Below, piece by piece: positions 1 through 64,000 of a stretch of DNA of 64,000 bases; the stretch's first letter is position 1; each line of letters opens with the position of its first letter. Made by a program: the position numbers and the translations under genes. The notes under the pieces are model-generated. The model saw nothing but the letters and a program-made list of their open reading frames with translations, was not told where the DNA came from and searched no databases. Source of the stretch: Chrysomallon squamiferum (lineage: Eukaryota > Animalia > Mollusca); the NCBI GenBank assembly GCA_012295275.1, contig CM022677.1:8990001-9054000 (forward strand), in the 5' to 3' direction.

Positions 1-448
1 TAATAATAGTAATTAATTATCATAATAGTGTTTTTGTAGTTTGAAAAAAAGAAAAAAGATGAACTGAAAAAGGTTATGTGAGAATATACGGATCAGTCGA
101 CCTAATGATAATAATTTTAAAAATTAATGTGTTTTTGTAATTCATAAACAATAAAAAATAAATAAAGAAAACCTTTTTATAAAGATATATATACATATAC
201 AGACCAATTAACCTAATAAGATATATATATATATCTGGTTAAAAAAAAAAAGAGGAGAAAGTTCATGTTAATATAGATATTCTAATAATTAAGTACATTT
301 GCATTTCATAAAAAAAAATAAAAAATAAAAAAGGAATGAAAAGGTTCACATTATTTGCATCTTAACATTTAAAAAATGCTTACATATTCTAAATAATAAA
401 TTTCTTTTATAAAATAAAAAAAAAAAGGAAGAAAGTTTCCAAGAACAT

Positions 449-485
<37 letters not shown>

Positions 486-932
486 GAGATAGATTTCGTT
501 ACATTTATTGTATTGCTTTTATTCTTTTGTTTTTTTAGTGCAAGAAAAACATTTATTACTTAATTATGATTAACCCTAGATCCCCCAACATCCTAAAACC
601 TGAGTTTTTGCCTACCCTGGTATCCTGGGTCAATAACTGGCTGCCTGTTGTCTGCAGTAATATTTATACTAACATCTCATTAGGCTCGTTTCCTGGGACT
701 ATCTTGCTGTTACTTGCACCTGATATTTCAGCAGCAGGTATACATGCCTCTTGTTCACAGAATCAAGGGTTTAACACGTCACAATACCAGATTTACCAGA
801 TATTCTTTGACATGTTGCATAGAAAGATATTGTGAAACTCACCTTCTGGTAACTTCACCTAGCTACTGAGGAAAAGACGATTTTCAACTAGGCACATGCA
901 TGTTTTGCATGTCATTTCAGGTGTCTACTGAC

Positions 933-4992
<4,060 letters not shown>

Positions 4993-4999
<7 letters not shown>

Positions 5000-5225
5000 C
5001 TTGAAAAATTATTCTTATCGATACTCCAATAAAAATGAACGATACTTAACTATTAACGCATAAATAATGTAAATATACATAGATAGTGTCAGTCACAAGA
5101 AAATATGTACACTGGTCCCAATTTTCACAAAGAAATTATTTGGACTTCGACAAAACAGTGATTTCCTGAGATTTTTTCTTTCGATCATGTTCTCTCGAGA
5201 ATTACATCGGTGCGCATGCGCCTAA
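4993..5225 (-). promoter_or_regulatory. Housekeeping-type promoter/5'UTR region of PIP5K1
   Basis: YY1-like AAGATGGC overlapping the ATG, DRE-like palindrome TATCGATA (5016-5023), palindrome TTCTCGAGA-like near 5192-5200, NRF1-like TGCGCATGCGC (5211-5221); local CpG enrichment. Confidence 0.55.
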
Positions 5226-5285
5226 AACAACACTGACAGCTTTGACATTTTGTGACCTGTAGAATATATAGTTAATAACATTTTG

Positions 5286-5325
<40 letters not shown>

Positions 5326-6072
5326 ACACAGTTTGAATATCTACGAGATTAGTAAAATTAGAATTACAGCGAATGTTATGTTATATTAAAATATACATAT
5401 TTATTTTACTTCAATTTTGTTAATGTTATTGTTTAAAAATTGATTAGTATGCAAACTCTGTATATGTAGCCTATATAAAGACTAACTACAGTGTTTAGTT
5501 ACAATATATATTATTAACAGTAATGCAGGTCAGTGACAATTTGATGCGCTGAAAGCATACAAACAAAATAATCAGAAAGAAACTCATCTAAAGAAACAAC
5601 ATCATTCTCTCATATATGCATGAATATAAGCCACACACCCTCAAATATACAGACACATACAGAATGAATACTCATAAACACACACACACACACATACACA
5701 CAAACAGATGCATACGCACATACGCACATGCACATGTACTCTTTATCTAAAAAGGTAATTTAAAGGTATTGATACATTCCTTCCTTCCTTCCCACTATCA
5801 TATTAATCCATATAATGACCTACATGTTACAGCGAAAATAAGTGACAGCTTGGCCCGTTTTAAATGATATTATTGCTGTCCTGTAATTATATGCAGACCA
5901 GATAATTATAGATAGAGATTAAATATTTGACCAAGTCTTACTTAAGTTGGTATAAGAAGATGTGAAATAAACGGTCAAGACGATTATTTTGGAAACTGAT
6001 CAACACCAGCAGCAATAACACAACAACAATAAAAATACTGAGAAGAAGAATAAAACGAAAGTTTTCACATTT

Positions 6073-6123
<51 letters not shown>

Positions 6124-7660
6124 GGAAGGAGCGAGTGAGAGAAAGAATGTGTTGCTAGCAAGCTAATCGTCTATTCTCTTTCACTTAAAAAATAATTATG
6201 AATATGAATGAAAATTACATATAAATAGAACACTTCTTTAATTATTTATTATTATTATTATTATTATTATTGATACTACTACTACCACTACTATGTATTT
6301 TTTTTTTTTTTTTTTTTTTTATTCATTATTTTATTTTTTTATTATTATAATTATTATTTTATTATTATTTTTTTTTTTTTTTTTTTTTTTAAATTTTATT
6401 TTATTATTATTATTATTTTTTTTTTTTTTTTTTTTGTCTGTGCCAGCCCTTAATACAAGAACAATAATCAAAATAAGAAGAACAAGACAAAGAAGAAAAG
6501 AAATCTATGCTGGGAAGAGCAATACTGAGAACCAAGTGGCGGAAATTAAGATAAGTACCACTCAAAGTTATGAATCGTTTCTTACTATGATTCATTCTAA
6601 ACGGAAGAGTTTTTGGGTTGTTCTTTTTCTCTGTCATTGTTTCCTGGTTATCCATTGACAAATTCAGAAATGTTCAAGTTTGTTTTCATGCAAGAAGCCT
6701 AAATAAATTTGGTATACTTTAATTCCAGGTTATCGTAGTTTCGGCCATTTGTTACGTGTAATAAATCAATAAAAGTAACACGATCGAGAATTTCGCTGCC
6801 AGCAATAGAAGTGTACTTGTAGCAGTATGAATAAAAAGCTCCTTAACTACAAAGTTTTACTTTTTTATTATTATTTAGTTCGGGTTGTCTTTCATTGCTA
6901 ATAACAAACTGTTATAATACATTCGCCGTTTTAAGCATTCGCAACTACTGTCATTACGTATATGGAGGATTGATGGCAGTATTTGTGCCTAAGATAAAAT
7001 AGCGATAATGTTTCGACTATAGAAAAATGGCGGCTTTCATATGTTCTTTTTTATTTTTTGTTGTTGTATTTGATATTAATTATTTGGCCGCGTTAAGAAA
7101 CAAAAAGTATTATGAATTGTAAAAAGTTGTGGCGTATCTAGTTTTGCGTCCTATCCTATAGCAAGTCCTTTACAACAGATGTGTGTGTGTGTGTGCGCGC
7201 GCGCTTGTGTGTTTAAGTGTGTAAAAGCTTTCGAATGCATCGACTGCCTTTTAACGCTTTTATGTACGCGGGTGCTTGAACAAATTAGTGCAAGAGAGAT
7301 AACCCTATTCATCGCTACTCTCTTCTTTCTATGTGTCTGTGTGTCTCAGTCAGAAAGCATCTACATTATTAAACGACTGAAGTGTATTGCAAAAAGGATA
7401 TACTATCTATATTGTTTTTATCGCATTAAAAAAAAACAATAAAATAAAATAAATTTAATAATTAATGGTGAATTTATTTATTTAATATGTATTAATTTGC
7501 TAGAAATCATTTATGGCTCATAGAACCTGTTTCGAAATAACTGAATAAAAAAACCAAACAAAAAAACAATGAAATTATATTTTTATAAAATTTTATTTCA
7601 TTTACAACTTTGGATATACAGCCACATCTGATATATAGTGAAGACATTAATTTGAAATGT

Positions 7661-8093
7661 TTAATCCTGCACTCTAGCATAAAAGTAAAGTGGTTCATGG
7701 ACTCCCTCTCCAAGTGTGAAGTAACCACTGCCGTCTGCAGCCCATGCAACTGATTCTCCTTGTACTTCCGGGTGATAGGTCACTTTCGTTCCCTTCAACA
7801 AGAGGGCGTTTTCCACGCTACCGTCAGGCATAGACCAGTAAAGCATATGCTCGTGAGTTTTTACAAGCATCTCTGTACCAGAAGGAGAAATATCGCCTGC
7901 AACAGGAGACTTTTTGGCCGAATGAAGGCCATGAACTGTCATTATAGAATGAAGTGTTACTGCTACAGGCTGGTCCCAACCGCTAGACGGAACTTTCGTG
8001 AGTTTTCGGTGAGACCCGCTGTGTCCTTTGGAAATGAGGAAAAGCTCTCCAGCTCTGTCGATCATTAATGTTTCACAATCATCCTGCGACCAC
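7661..8093 (-). CDS. Exon 4 (terminal) of the secreted beta-propeller-like gene
   Basis: cacag acceptor, WSQDDCETLMIDRAG...EPLYFYARVQD*; matches ORF 7661..8065. Confidence 0.9.
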
Positions 8094-9489
8094 CTGTGAT
8101 CATCATGATGATTATGATTATAATAATAATAACGATAATAATTATAATAATAAGAACAACAACTACAACAATAACAAAAACAACATCATCAGTAAAAATA
8201 ATTTTTACTGTAATAAAATCTGTAAATAAATTTTAACTTAAATACATGTATAATAATAAACATTGTTATTATTATTGTTGTTGTTGTTGTTGTTATTATT
8301 ACTTGTACAACTCCCAACAAAGACTATCATGTCATATATGAAAAATAAAAATATATTTTTTAAATTATTTTATTATTACTCGTCACCTATCATGTCATAA
8401 AATAATATTAATAATAATAACAATAATTATAATATTTTATAATACGTGTATTTCAGAACGGAATCTACGGGAAGTGTCTGAGATTTTCTGACGTCATCGG
8501 GTTCTCTCACTCTGTATATCACTTTGGTTGTCCTTAAAATGGCATCACCTGTATCAGCGATATAAATACAGCTTCCTCCACCCGGACAGGGACCTGCAAA
8601 TATCCAAATCTTGAAGTAATCTGTCTCCATATACATTTGAACTAATTATTACCCCCAGTGTCCCTGTTTGGGATTTTAGAATAATCGAGAAAAGTTTTGA
8701 TATGAATTCGTTTCTTGAACGTCACCATTTTCCGACATTATTAAGATAGAACATTTTTTATTTAATTATTTCTTATTTATTTATTTATTTCTTCTTCTTC
8801 TTCTTCTTATAATTATTATTTATTGATTTATTATTAAATTTAATTTCTTTTTTAAAATTCTTTTTGTTTTCTTGAGTTTTTAACATTGTTACGGTCACAA
8901 TTTCTACAACGATAATGATTAGCAAGTAACTCGCAATTACCATTACAGCCGTTCAGTGATTTTAAAACCTGCTCCTTTCATGTAAATAAAAAAACAAACA
9001 AAAACAAAAACAAAAAACATGGAAGTTTTCATATAGGCCTAATTATTAAAACGTTTTTAATATTCTGATTTTGTCCACTCACCAATAGCGAGGTCTTCCC
9101 AGTCTCCGTTTGATGCTGCTGAAATCGTCAGTTTGGCAACGACAGCAGCATTAGTCGCGTTGATTACATAAAGTACAGGCAAGCCGCCGTGATCGTTGAC
9201 GGAATACAGATAGCCACGATGACTGCGGCTTGCCGCCAGCCCCGATGCTTCGTCTAATTCCTGGTTGTCTATTTGTCCGGATATCGTACCATAATGGAAA
9301 CTAGGTTGACCTAATCGAGACTAAGTCAATTAGCATAAATAAATAAATAAATAAATAATATGATTGAATTACGTTTCATGTCTGCATGTAATTATTTCTC
9401 TTTATTTAAAATTATAACGTAAATATAATAATGATGAAGATAATATATTATTCTACCTTAAAATCTCTCTGTGTGTGTGTATGTACATC

Positions 9490-9520
<31 letters not shown>

Positions 9521-9617
9521 TACGTAACGTATATTGAAATTCTCTATCTTTCTAAACATACATACAAAAATACATACATATTCACATATATATATATATA
9601 TATATATATGCATGTAA

Positions 9618-9681
<64 letters not shown>

Positions 9682-9906
9682 TCAATATATATTATGTAAC
9701 TTGTATATGTAAAACATTGAAAAAACGATCCATCCATTTACAATATTAATATTTTATTTCAAATACAGTAAACAAAATGTATGCATACAAATAATAATAA
9801 ACAGTTAAAACAACAAAAACAACAACAACAAACAAACAAATAAATAAATAAAATTACCTGTTACTAAGGTAAAACCAAATGATAAATAAAATACAAGTGA
9901 TAACAT
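7661..9906 (-). CDS. Secreted 285-aa protein, bacterial-like acidic beta-propeller family (complete, 4 exons)
   Basis: Exons 9906-9858 (signal peptide MLSLVFYLSFGFTLVTG), 9310-9083, 8593-8446 and 8093-7661 total 858 nt; all introns GT-AG with matching phases (1,1,2). Motifs: LDEASGLAAS, NDHGG, DWEDLAIG, IYIADTGD, DCETL, VAGDISPSG, QGESVAW, YFTLGEG. Confidence 0.9.
9083..9310 (-). CDS. Exon 2 of the secreted beta-propeller-like gene (missed by the ORF track)
   Basis: QPSFHYGTISGQIDNQELDEASGLAASRSHRGYLYSVNDHGGLPVLYVINATNAAVVAKLTISAASNGDWEDLAI; ttag acceptor, G|gtgagt donor. Confidence 0.9.
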
Positions 9907-9956
9907 TTTTCACTCGATTCTCACACCAGTTTTCGTTAACTTACTTTGAAAGAAGA

Positions 9957-10050
9957 TTTTATATCTTCTTTTCCCTTTTTTATCTCTCCGTTCGAAATAT
10001 GGGATGGTCTTGAGAAATAACAGCTAGTCAGTACTTATGGTCAAAGGTTA
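9957..10050 (-). promoter_or_regulatory. Putative core promoter of the secreted gene (TATA, GATA, nuclear-receptor DR1)
   Basis: TATAAAA on the minus strand at 9957-9963, about 50 nt upstream of the ATG; AGATAA near 9980-9985; DR1 TGGTCAAAGGTTA at 10038-10050. Confidence 0.45.
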
Positions 10051-11002
10051 TATCACTACTAATATTATTACCCGAAGAATGATTTTTTTTAAAAACTGAT
10101 TTCTGATAATGATATACGATAAACTGTCCTTATTATTACTTATAATTACTAGTATTACTACTACTATTGGAATTATTTACTATTACTACTACTATTACTA
10201 TTGTTGCTAATACTACTGTAGTTACTGCTACTACTGATATTAATACTAATAGTTCTGAAACAATTATTTTTAATTAGTTAATATTACTACTACTTTCGCT
10301 AATTCTTCTACTATTAATGTAACAACTACAACTTGTATTACTACTATAGTTACTACTAGTATATAGTAACTCTTAATACTAATACTAACATTCACCAGCT
10401 TCTGATGCTATTTTTTAATTATTTACACTACTACTACTACAAAAACCTTCATTTTTTTTTTTTTTTTAATTATTTCCCATTACTACTACTATTATTACTA
10501 TTATAGTTATTTGTATTAATATTAATACCACTAGTTCTGATATTACTACTATTGCTGTAAAACATTTATTTTTTAATTAAAAATATTACTACTATTTCTG
10601 CTGTTACTGATACTACGCCTGTTGTTTATTACTAGTATATTGTGCTACTGTTACTAGAACTAATGATTCTACTACTACATCTGCTACTACTATGACTGCT
10701 GATATAGATCACAAAACAAATTGGGCGAGAGGTCTGGGGGCTTCAAACGGTAATCGTACAGATAAACGAATTCATTTAGTGAATATCGTTTCTATCGGAA
10801 CAGATTTATATTTTATATATATTTTTTATATCTTTGTTGTAAAAAACAAAACAAAAAAACACAAAGAAATAAAAAACACCCGAATTTTATGTAACCTGTT
10901 TTTAAATAACAAAAATGTATTATAAATGTCAAATATGCTTTAATTCAGTGAATATCATCCTCTTCGTCTTTTCAGCACTGTCTTTTTCTTAGGATCCATG
11001 GT

Positions 11003-11259
11003 CATGGGTTCATGAAATTTGGCAAAAAATTGCACAAAATGCGAGCACAATACAACAGAGTTGCTTCCACAATGAGGTAACCACGTGAAGCAAACAAGTG
11101 AAACGTGGGATGCTGGGTCGATGTTGAGTTGTTTGTTGCGCCAACTAGCGTCGGCATATCTGAACCTCGCTTGTAACTTGGATTTTGAAAAAATCGTCCT
11201 GGCAACTGCTCATAACATGGAAAACTCGTAAGTTGGTGCACTAGTAAGTCGAGGTTCAT

Positions 11260-11262
<3 letters not shown>
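11003..11262. mobile_element. Probable Tc1/mariner (pogo/Tigger-like) non-autonomous fragment
   Basis: GC/CpG-rich island in AT-rich DNA ending in ctcgtaagttggtgcactagtaagtcgaggttcattgt, which resembles recalled pogo/Tigger-type MITE termini; no partner TIR found. Confidence 0.35.
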
Positions 11263-11306
<44 letters not shown>

Positions 11307-12608
11307 TTGTATATAATGTGTGTGTGTGATTGAAATTTGGCTTTGGTTGAACGTTTGATATTTATTTATTTTTGTTTAATTATTACTGTTACCTCTACTC
11401 AGTGTAATTACATATTGTGATTTGTCTTACTGACATTTACTTATCTGTAAACAACATGTTGGACTTTTAGATAATTTTACAAATTTTACATTTTTTTTTA
11501 ATTCTGATAAAAAAGAAAAACAAAAAAGATAAAGAAAAAAGAAGAAGAAAAAAATATATCACTTTATTGTCTGTTTCCGATAACAATAATAATAATAGTT
11601 AATAGTGGTTATAATAATAATAATAATAGTTAATAGTGGTACTACTAATAATAATAATAATAGTTAATAGTGGTAATAATCATAATAATAATAATAATGG
11701 CATGTATAGTGGTAGTAGTAGTAATAACATTAATAAATACAACTGCGACTAAGCTTCATTATTATTTTGTTGTTGTTATTATTTCTTCCTTCATCTGTAA
11801 ATAAATGAAGGGAAAAAAATGTAAGAAATCTTTCATTGTCACTTTTTAATTGTGATCTTAATAATTAATTACTACTGTTAATTTTTATAATTACTAAGAA
11901 ACAAGTTATAAGTGTGATTTCTTTATCTTTATCGTCATTTTGACAACCTACTTTATTTTTTATTTTTTTTATTTTATTAAATTTAAAAAAAAAAAAAAAA
12001 AAAAATTTCTTTTCTTTTTCATTTTTATCACATTCATGTAATTATATTCCTTAACCTTTAAAATTTTCTAACATTACTTCTCGAAAAAAAATAGCAGTTT
12101 AATTTCGCATTTTTCGGCAATAATAATTATTTTCACTTTATTTTATATAATGATTTTGCATTTTGAAATACGTTATAATTAAAGCTTTCCATATAATATG
12201 TGGTCGTTTGTTTTGGGAGCGCCATCTTTATTTATCAGTTTACATAAATTCTTGTCCTGTAAAATGAAAGTTAATAAACAGCTAGTAAAATATATAATCT
12301 AATGACACACCATCACGCTCGTCATCTGCAGTTGTCGACACTTTTAAAATTTACTTATAAAAATAATCCTTTTTCTTCTGTTTTTTTGTTATTTTATTTA
12401 TTTATTTTATTTTATTTTATTATTATTATTATTATTATTATTTAGTGGTTTTCGTTTATTTGCTTGTTTTAACTTTCAGTCTAGTTTATATTTCTTTTTT
12501 CTTTATGTAGTTGGGAAGTCAGCCTTGACTTGATAACAGTAAGAATAATAATGTTACTTATAGCTATATATTACTGCTCATTTTAGACTCAACAACAGCA
12601 ACAATAGC

Positions 12609-12692
<84 letters not shown>

Positions 12693-13324
12693 TTAATAAA
12701 TAAATAAATAAATAAATAAATAAAGATTTGCATAGATAATAGTTCAGAGACATTCCTCACAGGAATTTTGGAGGGAGATTTAAGGTTTTCTCTCTGAAAT
12801 TATTTAAATAATAATAAAACGTAATACTGAATCATTTTCATGAAACTGTGGGCTGGCTCTTCAGTTAAATCACGTTAAAAGAAAATCATGTGTTCTCAAA
12901 ATTCGTACACCCTAAAGCTTCATTATTTTGTTTTACAATAAAATTCAGTTTTGTTAAGATCATCATTACTATGTTTTCTTGTTGTTGTTTTTTTTTAATG
13001 GATTTATTCGTTGATAGGAAATGGTGGAAATATTTTTCTATATTCTTATATATCAATATAGCAAATGATAATTGCTTATCTCCCCTTTTTGTAAACATAG
13101 AAGCATGGACAAACGAATTGTGTCACTTGTCTCAATAAACGGAGACTTCCAGTGGAAAATTTTGAAAAATTGAGTTATAATAAATACTTCAGACGATATG
13201 ATGATGAAAATTCCAAAACAAACATAAGTAAAAAAATCTGTTCGTAGATAGTGAATATCTTTTGAATATTTTTATGAATTACTTCTTCTTTGTGTACTTT
13301 GAAAGGGTGCAGGTGCACATGCAG

Positions 13325-13366
<42 letters not shown>

Positions 13367-15427
13367 TCTAGAATTACATTAACAACAAAAATCACAAAAA
13401 AAAATCAATAATAAATAAACAAAAATAATAACAATAATAATGAATAAATACAATTAATAAATATGTGATAAAAATAGTAATAATAAATAAATACAAAAAT
13501 AAAATTCAAAACAAAGTCGAGATTAAAAAAGAAAATTAGTTTAATAAGGCATAATATAATTTATCAAATATCTGTAAAATACACATTAAAAAATTAAAAT
13601 AAATAAAGTATAAAATATTAAGTTTTTTAGAATTATATTGATACATAATTTAAAAGAAGCAGCACTTGTAATATATAAAAATAATCACAAACTAATTAAA
13701 TGAAAGGATTACAATAATCCAAAGCTAAAGCCATTCAGATACTGCTTAGATTATTTAATAAAATTTTGTTTTTTTCAAATACAACTGTACATAGTTATAG
13801 ACTATCCTGTACAATTCAGTAATTACACTATACATATAATATTAATTTCATTCTTCTTTAATATATATATATATTATTTTATATAATATTTATAGTTCAT
13901 CAGACTTCTTGAATTTAATAAAAAAAAAAGCTTTTCCTTAATAGTCCCCCCATCAATTATTAAAACAATTATAACAAAAAATTCTTTCTTTGCATATTAT
14001 ATCAATAAATTTTATTAAATGTTGCTATTTATTTTGTAGGTTAATCTTCTTTTTCGAGAGTTTTTTTTTCAGGTTTTGGTTTAATTCATTGTAAATATTT
14101 CATATTTGTATTTTTTCTTTTTATTCTTTAACACAAAACAAACCATTTAATAAATAATTCAACATTCTGTATTTATCTATTCATAAGCATCAGTTTATCT
14201 CCAATTTTGTTTATTTTATTCTGTTCTTAAATTTATTTTAACCAATTATAATTTTTATTAATATATGTTTCATTTCAGTTATCAGTTAATACCATTAAAA
14301 CAAAATGCTTTCCAAAAGTATGTTTTAAATTAAACTTGTTTTCTTCATCAATCTATTTCATAATACTTTATAAAAAAGCAAATTTTAAAATATCTTCTTT
14401 CTAAAATATTATAATTCATTAAAATGTCATTTTCTATATTATATTACCACATAAAGTCTTGGGTATAACAATAAAAATTACATTTCTTTTAGTCCATTAA
14501 AACTGAATATTGAAGCTCAAAGTAATAGAGGTTATTAAAAAAAACCAGGGAAAGTTATAAAAAATACAAAATCAAAAAGCAATCTGATAATAATACTAAG
14601 GTTATGTAAGAGTAAATATTTATCATGCAGTATGTGATCGTCCATTGTATAAAAACTGCAGAAAGAGGTGTTTTTTGTAATACTCCTGGATTGTTATTAT
14701 ATATTCATATACAAAAAGATACACATTATAGAGATAGAAATTAGAAAAAATAGCCATTCAGATTTTATGATTTTGATATCAGACTTTTAAGTTACATATT
14801 TTGTGAATGCCTCTTTAAAAACAGTTATATAATAATGTCTTCAGCCGAAGTACTACTGTGACTTTGTAGTTTTCCTCTTTACAGTTAAATATGAAGATTT
14901 GTTTCTCTCTGTCTTCAGACAATGCTGCAGTACTATTTACATTTTATGAGTTGTTTTCTTTAAAAGCAATAATAGTTTCTCAGACTCAAATAATATACAT
15001 GTTTATATATATGTATATATAAAGTTTAAAATAATATTTTATATATATATATATATATAATATTATTTTAAACTTTGTGAAAGGTACCTCTTACACCCAA
15101 TTAGAAATTATTTTTCTCAGAATTCAGATAAACCTGAAATATTACTGAGACAGCATAGATGTTTTCATTAAAAACAGTTATAAAATATTTCTTTGTCTTC
15201 AAGTAACAGTACTGAAATTTTATGTATGTTAAAAATATTTCTCTTGGTTACAAGATGAAATACTATTAGCACTTCGTAGATTTTTCATTTTAAAAACAAT
15301 TGCAAACATATTCCTCTCAGTATGCAGATAATCATGAAATATTATTGAGACCTTATGGACATTCGTTTCCTTTTAAAAACAAAAATATTTCTCAGTATTA
15401 AAATAAAACAAATATATAATATTTCTC

Positions 15428-62171
<46,744 letters not shown>

Positions 62172-62943
62172 CTGTAAACAATCATTTTATGATTTATATT
62201 AAAGGTAAATGTCAAGATAATATTCAGCTGGGTAAGCAATGCACATTTTTCTGTATAATAATTTCTAATAATTAAATGGCAAAAATCAATTACCGGGTCT
62301 GCTTTTTTAATATAATATTATTTATGTAAGATTTGAAATGAATGCCTTTTTGAAAATCAGCACTCTATTCCATGTCAAATATTAAAAATGAAAAAACAGC
62401 AACATGCAAAAACACACTTACCCACACACACACACATATACACAACATATATGTAATACACATATTATATGTACATATACACACATGTACACACATCACA
62501 CTTAACTGTATACAGACATCTCTGTTTTCACACCACTGTAGTAGTAGTAGTAGTAGTAGTAATAATAATAATAATAATAATTGTATAATTCATTGTAAAT
62601 TACAATACTTAAAGCAGTTATTCTAATTTGAATAATTTATTTATGTAAGACAGAATATCATTTTCTGTAACAATTTAAACAAGCTGCTCATTCAGTGTGA
62701 ATGAAAATACATCAATATGCAATCATGCAAAGTAGTGGTATACAAACATGCATGCTCTATATGCAGTTGGTTATATAGCTATGTTGATAATGAGAGAATA
62801 AAAATGGTCTACTGGTTTTCAAATAACAGCAAGGATTTTTTAATTATTCACAATTCTTTTTATGCTCAAGCCATTTTGATCTACGGTTTTTTTTATTTAG
62901 TATGTTTTGCATGGTTTTAGTGGTATTTATGGGTAGTCAATGG

Positions 62944-62991
<48 letters not shown>

Positions 62992-64000
62992 TGATTTTTT
63001 CTACTGCTATTTATTCACTGAAAGTATGCACTGATGGAGAAGAATTAAATAAACATACAGTCAAAGAATATTTATTTATTTATTTTGAACATTTGTAAAA
63101 TTTTATATGTGCTAGAATAAATAAATTTTGGTGTTGGAATTTCAAAAATACACACTAATCTACTTTAAAAAAAGGTGTAATTTATAAAATATAAACAAAG
63201 AAAATGATAAAATTCATCATTGTATATATAAAAATTTGTGTTCAAAACTTTAAAAAAGAAATTAAATGGAAATTTATTGTGCTTTTAAAAAAAATGAAGT
63301 GCTGTAAACAGTTTTTATAAAATTTAAAATTTGTCTAAACTATGGACACTGAGTTGTGTAAGTAAGAAGACAAAAAAAATATAAAAAAATAAAAAAAATT
63401 TAAAATTAATATTCATGATGTATTTTTTCTTAGTAGAAATTAATTGTACTTTTAAAAGGAAAATAAAAAGATAAATTAATTAATTAATCTGCTTCAAGGT
63501 GATGATGATCTTAAATGAAATAGTTTTATTAATTCTGAAATTAGTCTGAAATATATTAATAATCAAGAATGAAAAATAAAAATAAAAATAAAAATAATAA
63601 CAATAATAATAATAATAATGATAATAATAACAACAACAGTAGTGGTAGTAGAAATAATAGTAATAGTAATAATAATAATAAAAATAGAAACATAATAATA
63701 ATAATAATAATAAAAAATAATAATAGCAATCATGACTGTAGTTGAAATAAAAAAGTAAATTAATAATAATAATAGTAGTAGTAGTAGTAATAGTAGAAAT
63801 AATTACAATAATAATAAAAATAATAACAATAATCACAATAATATAATAATAAATTATATTTTCCATATTAACAGCTTTGTAAGTAAGTTTACTTCTTGTA
63901 ATAAATTAAACTATGTGATACCTGTGTGTTTTTGTGTAATCTAGTTTGAATATATAATGTGATAATGTGCTTTTAATTAATTTATATAATCATAAATATA

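Noticed and set aside
566-835. 89-aa plus-strand ORF
   Set aside because: No recognisable motif; antisense within a PIP5K1 intron.
6293-6661. 121-aa and 82-aa overlapping ORFs
   Set aside because: They start or end in poly-T/ATT tracts, with no recognisable domain or partner exons.
7760-8068. Plus-strand 102-aa ORF
   Set aside because: Antisense shadow of exon 4 of the secreted gene.
7661-9906. Bacterial contamination as the explanation for the bacterial-like gene
   Set aside because: It has three canonical spliceosomal introns filled with host-type microsatellites and is contiguous with animal genes.

Overview
This is AT-rich, microsatellite-dense eukaryotic genomic DNA. The style is invertebrate, probably mollusc- or cephalopod-like (inference). 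Most ORF-track entries are simple-repeat artefacts. Manual GT-AG splicing with phase checks gives three minus-strand genes. (1) The first three exons of a type I PI4P 5-kinase (PIP5K1), running off the left edge. (2) A complete 4-exon, 285-aa secreted protein at 7661-9906 whose motifs resemble a bacterial acidic beta-propeller family; it is a candidate intron-bearing horizontally acquired gene with a TATA/DR1/GATA promoter. (3) A coiled-coil gene of at least 36 exons and more than 1,900 aa (15428 to beyond 62171) with a FAM186A/B-like C-terminus. This third gene has an apparent 1-nt frameshift, a candidate internal alternative start exon, and a decayed Academ-type DNA transposon in a 16-kb intron. 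Recurrent oddities include degenerate tandem arrays seeded on exon/splice-site sequence, an intronic inverted repeat bracketing three exons, and a hairpin minisatellite. All family assignments come from recalled motifs; no database search was run.
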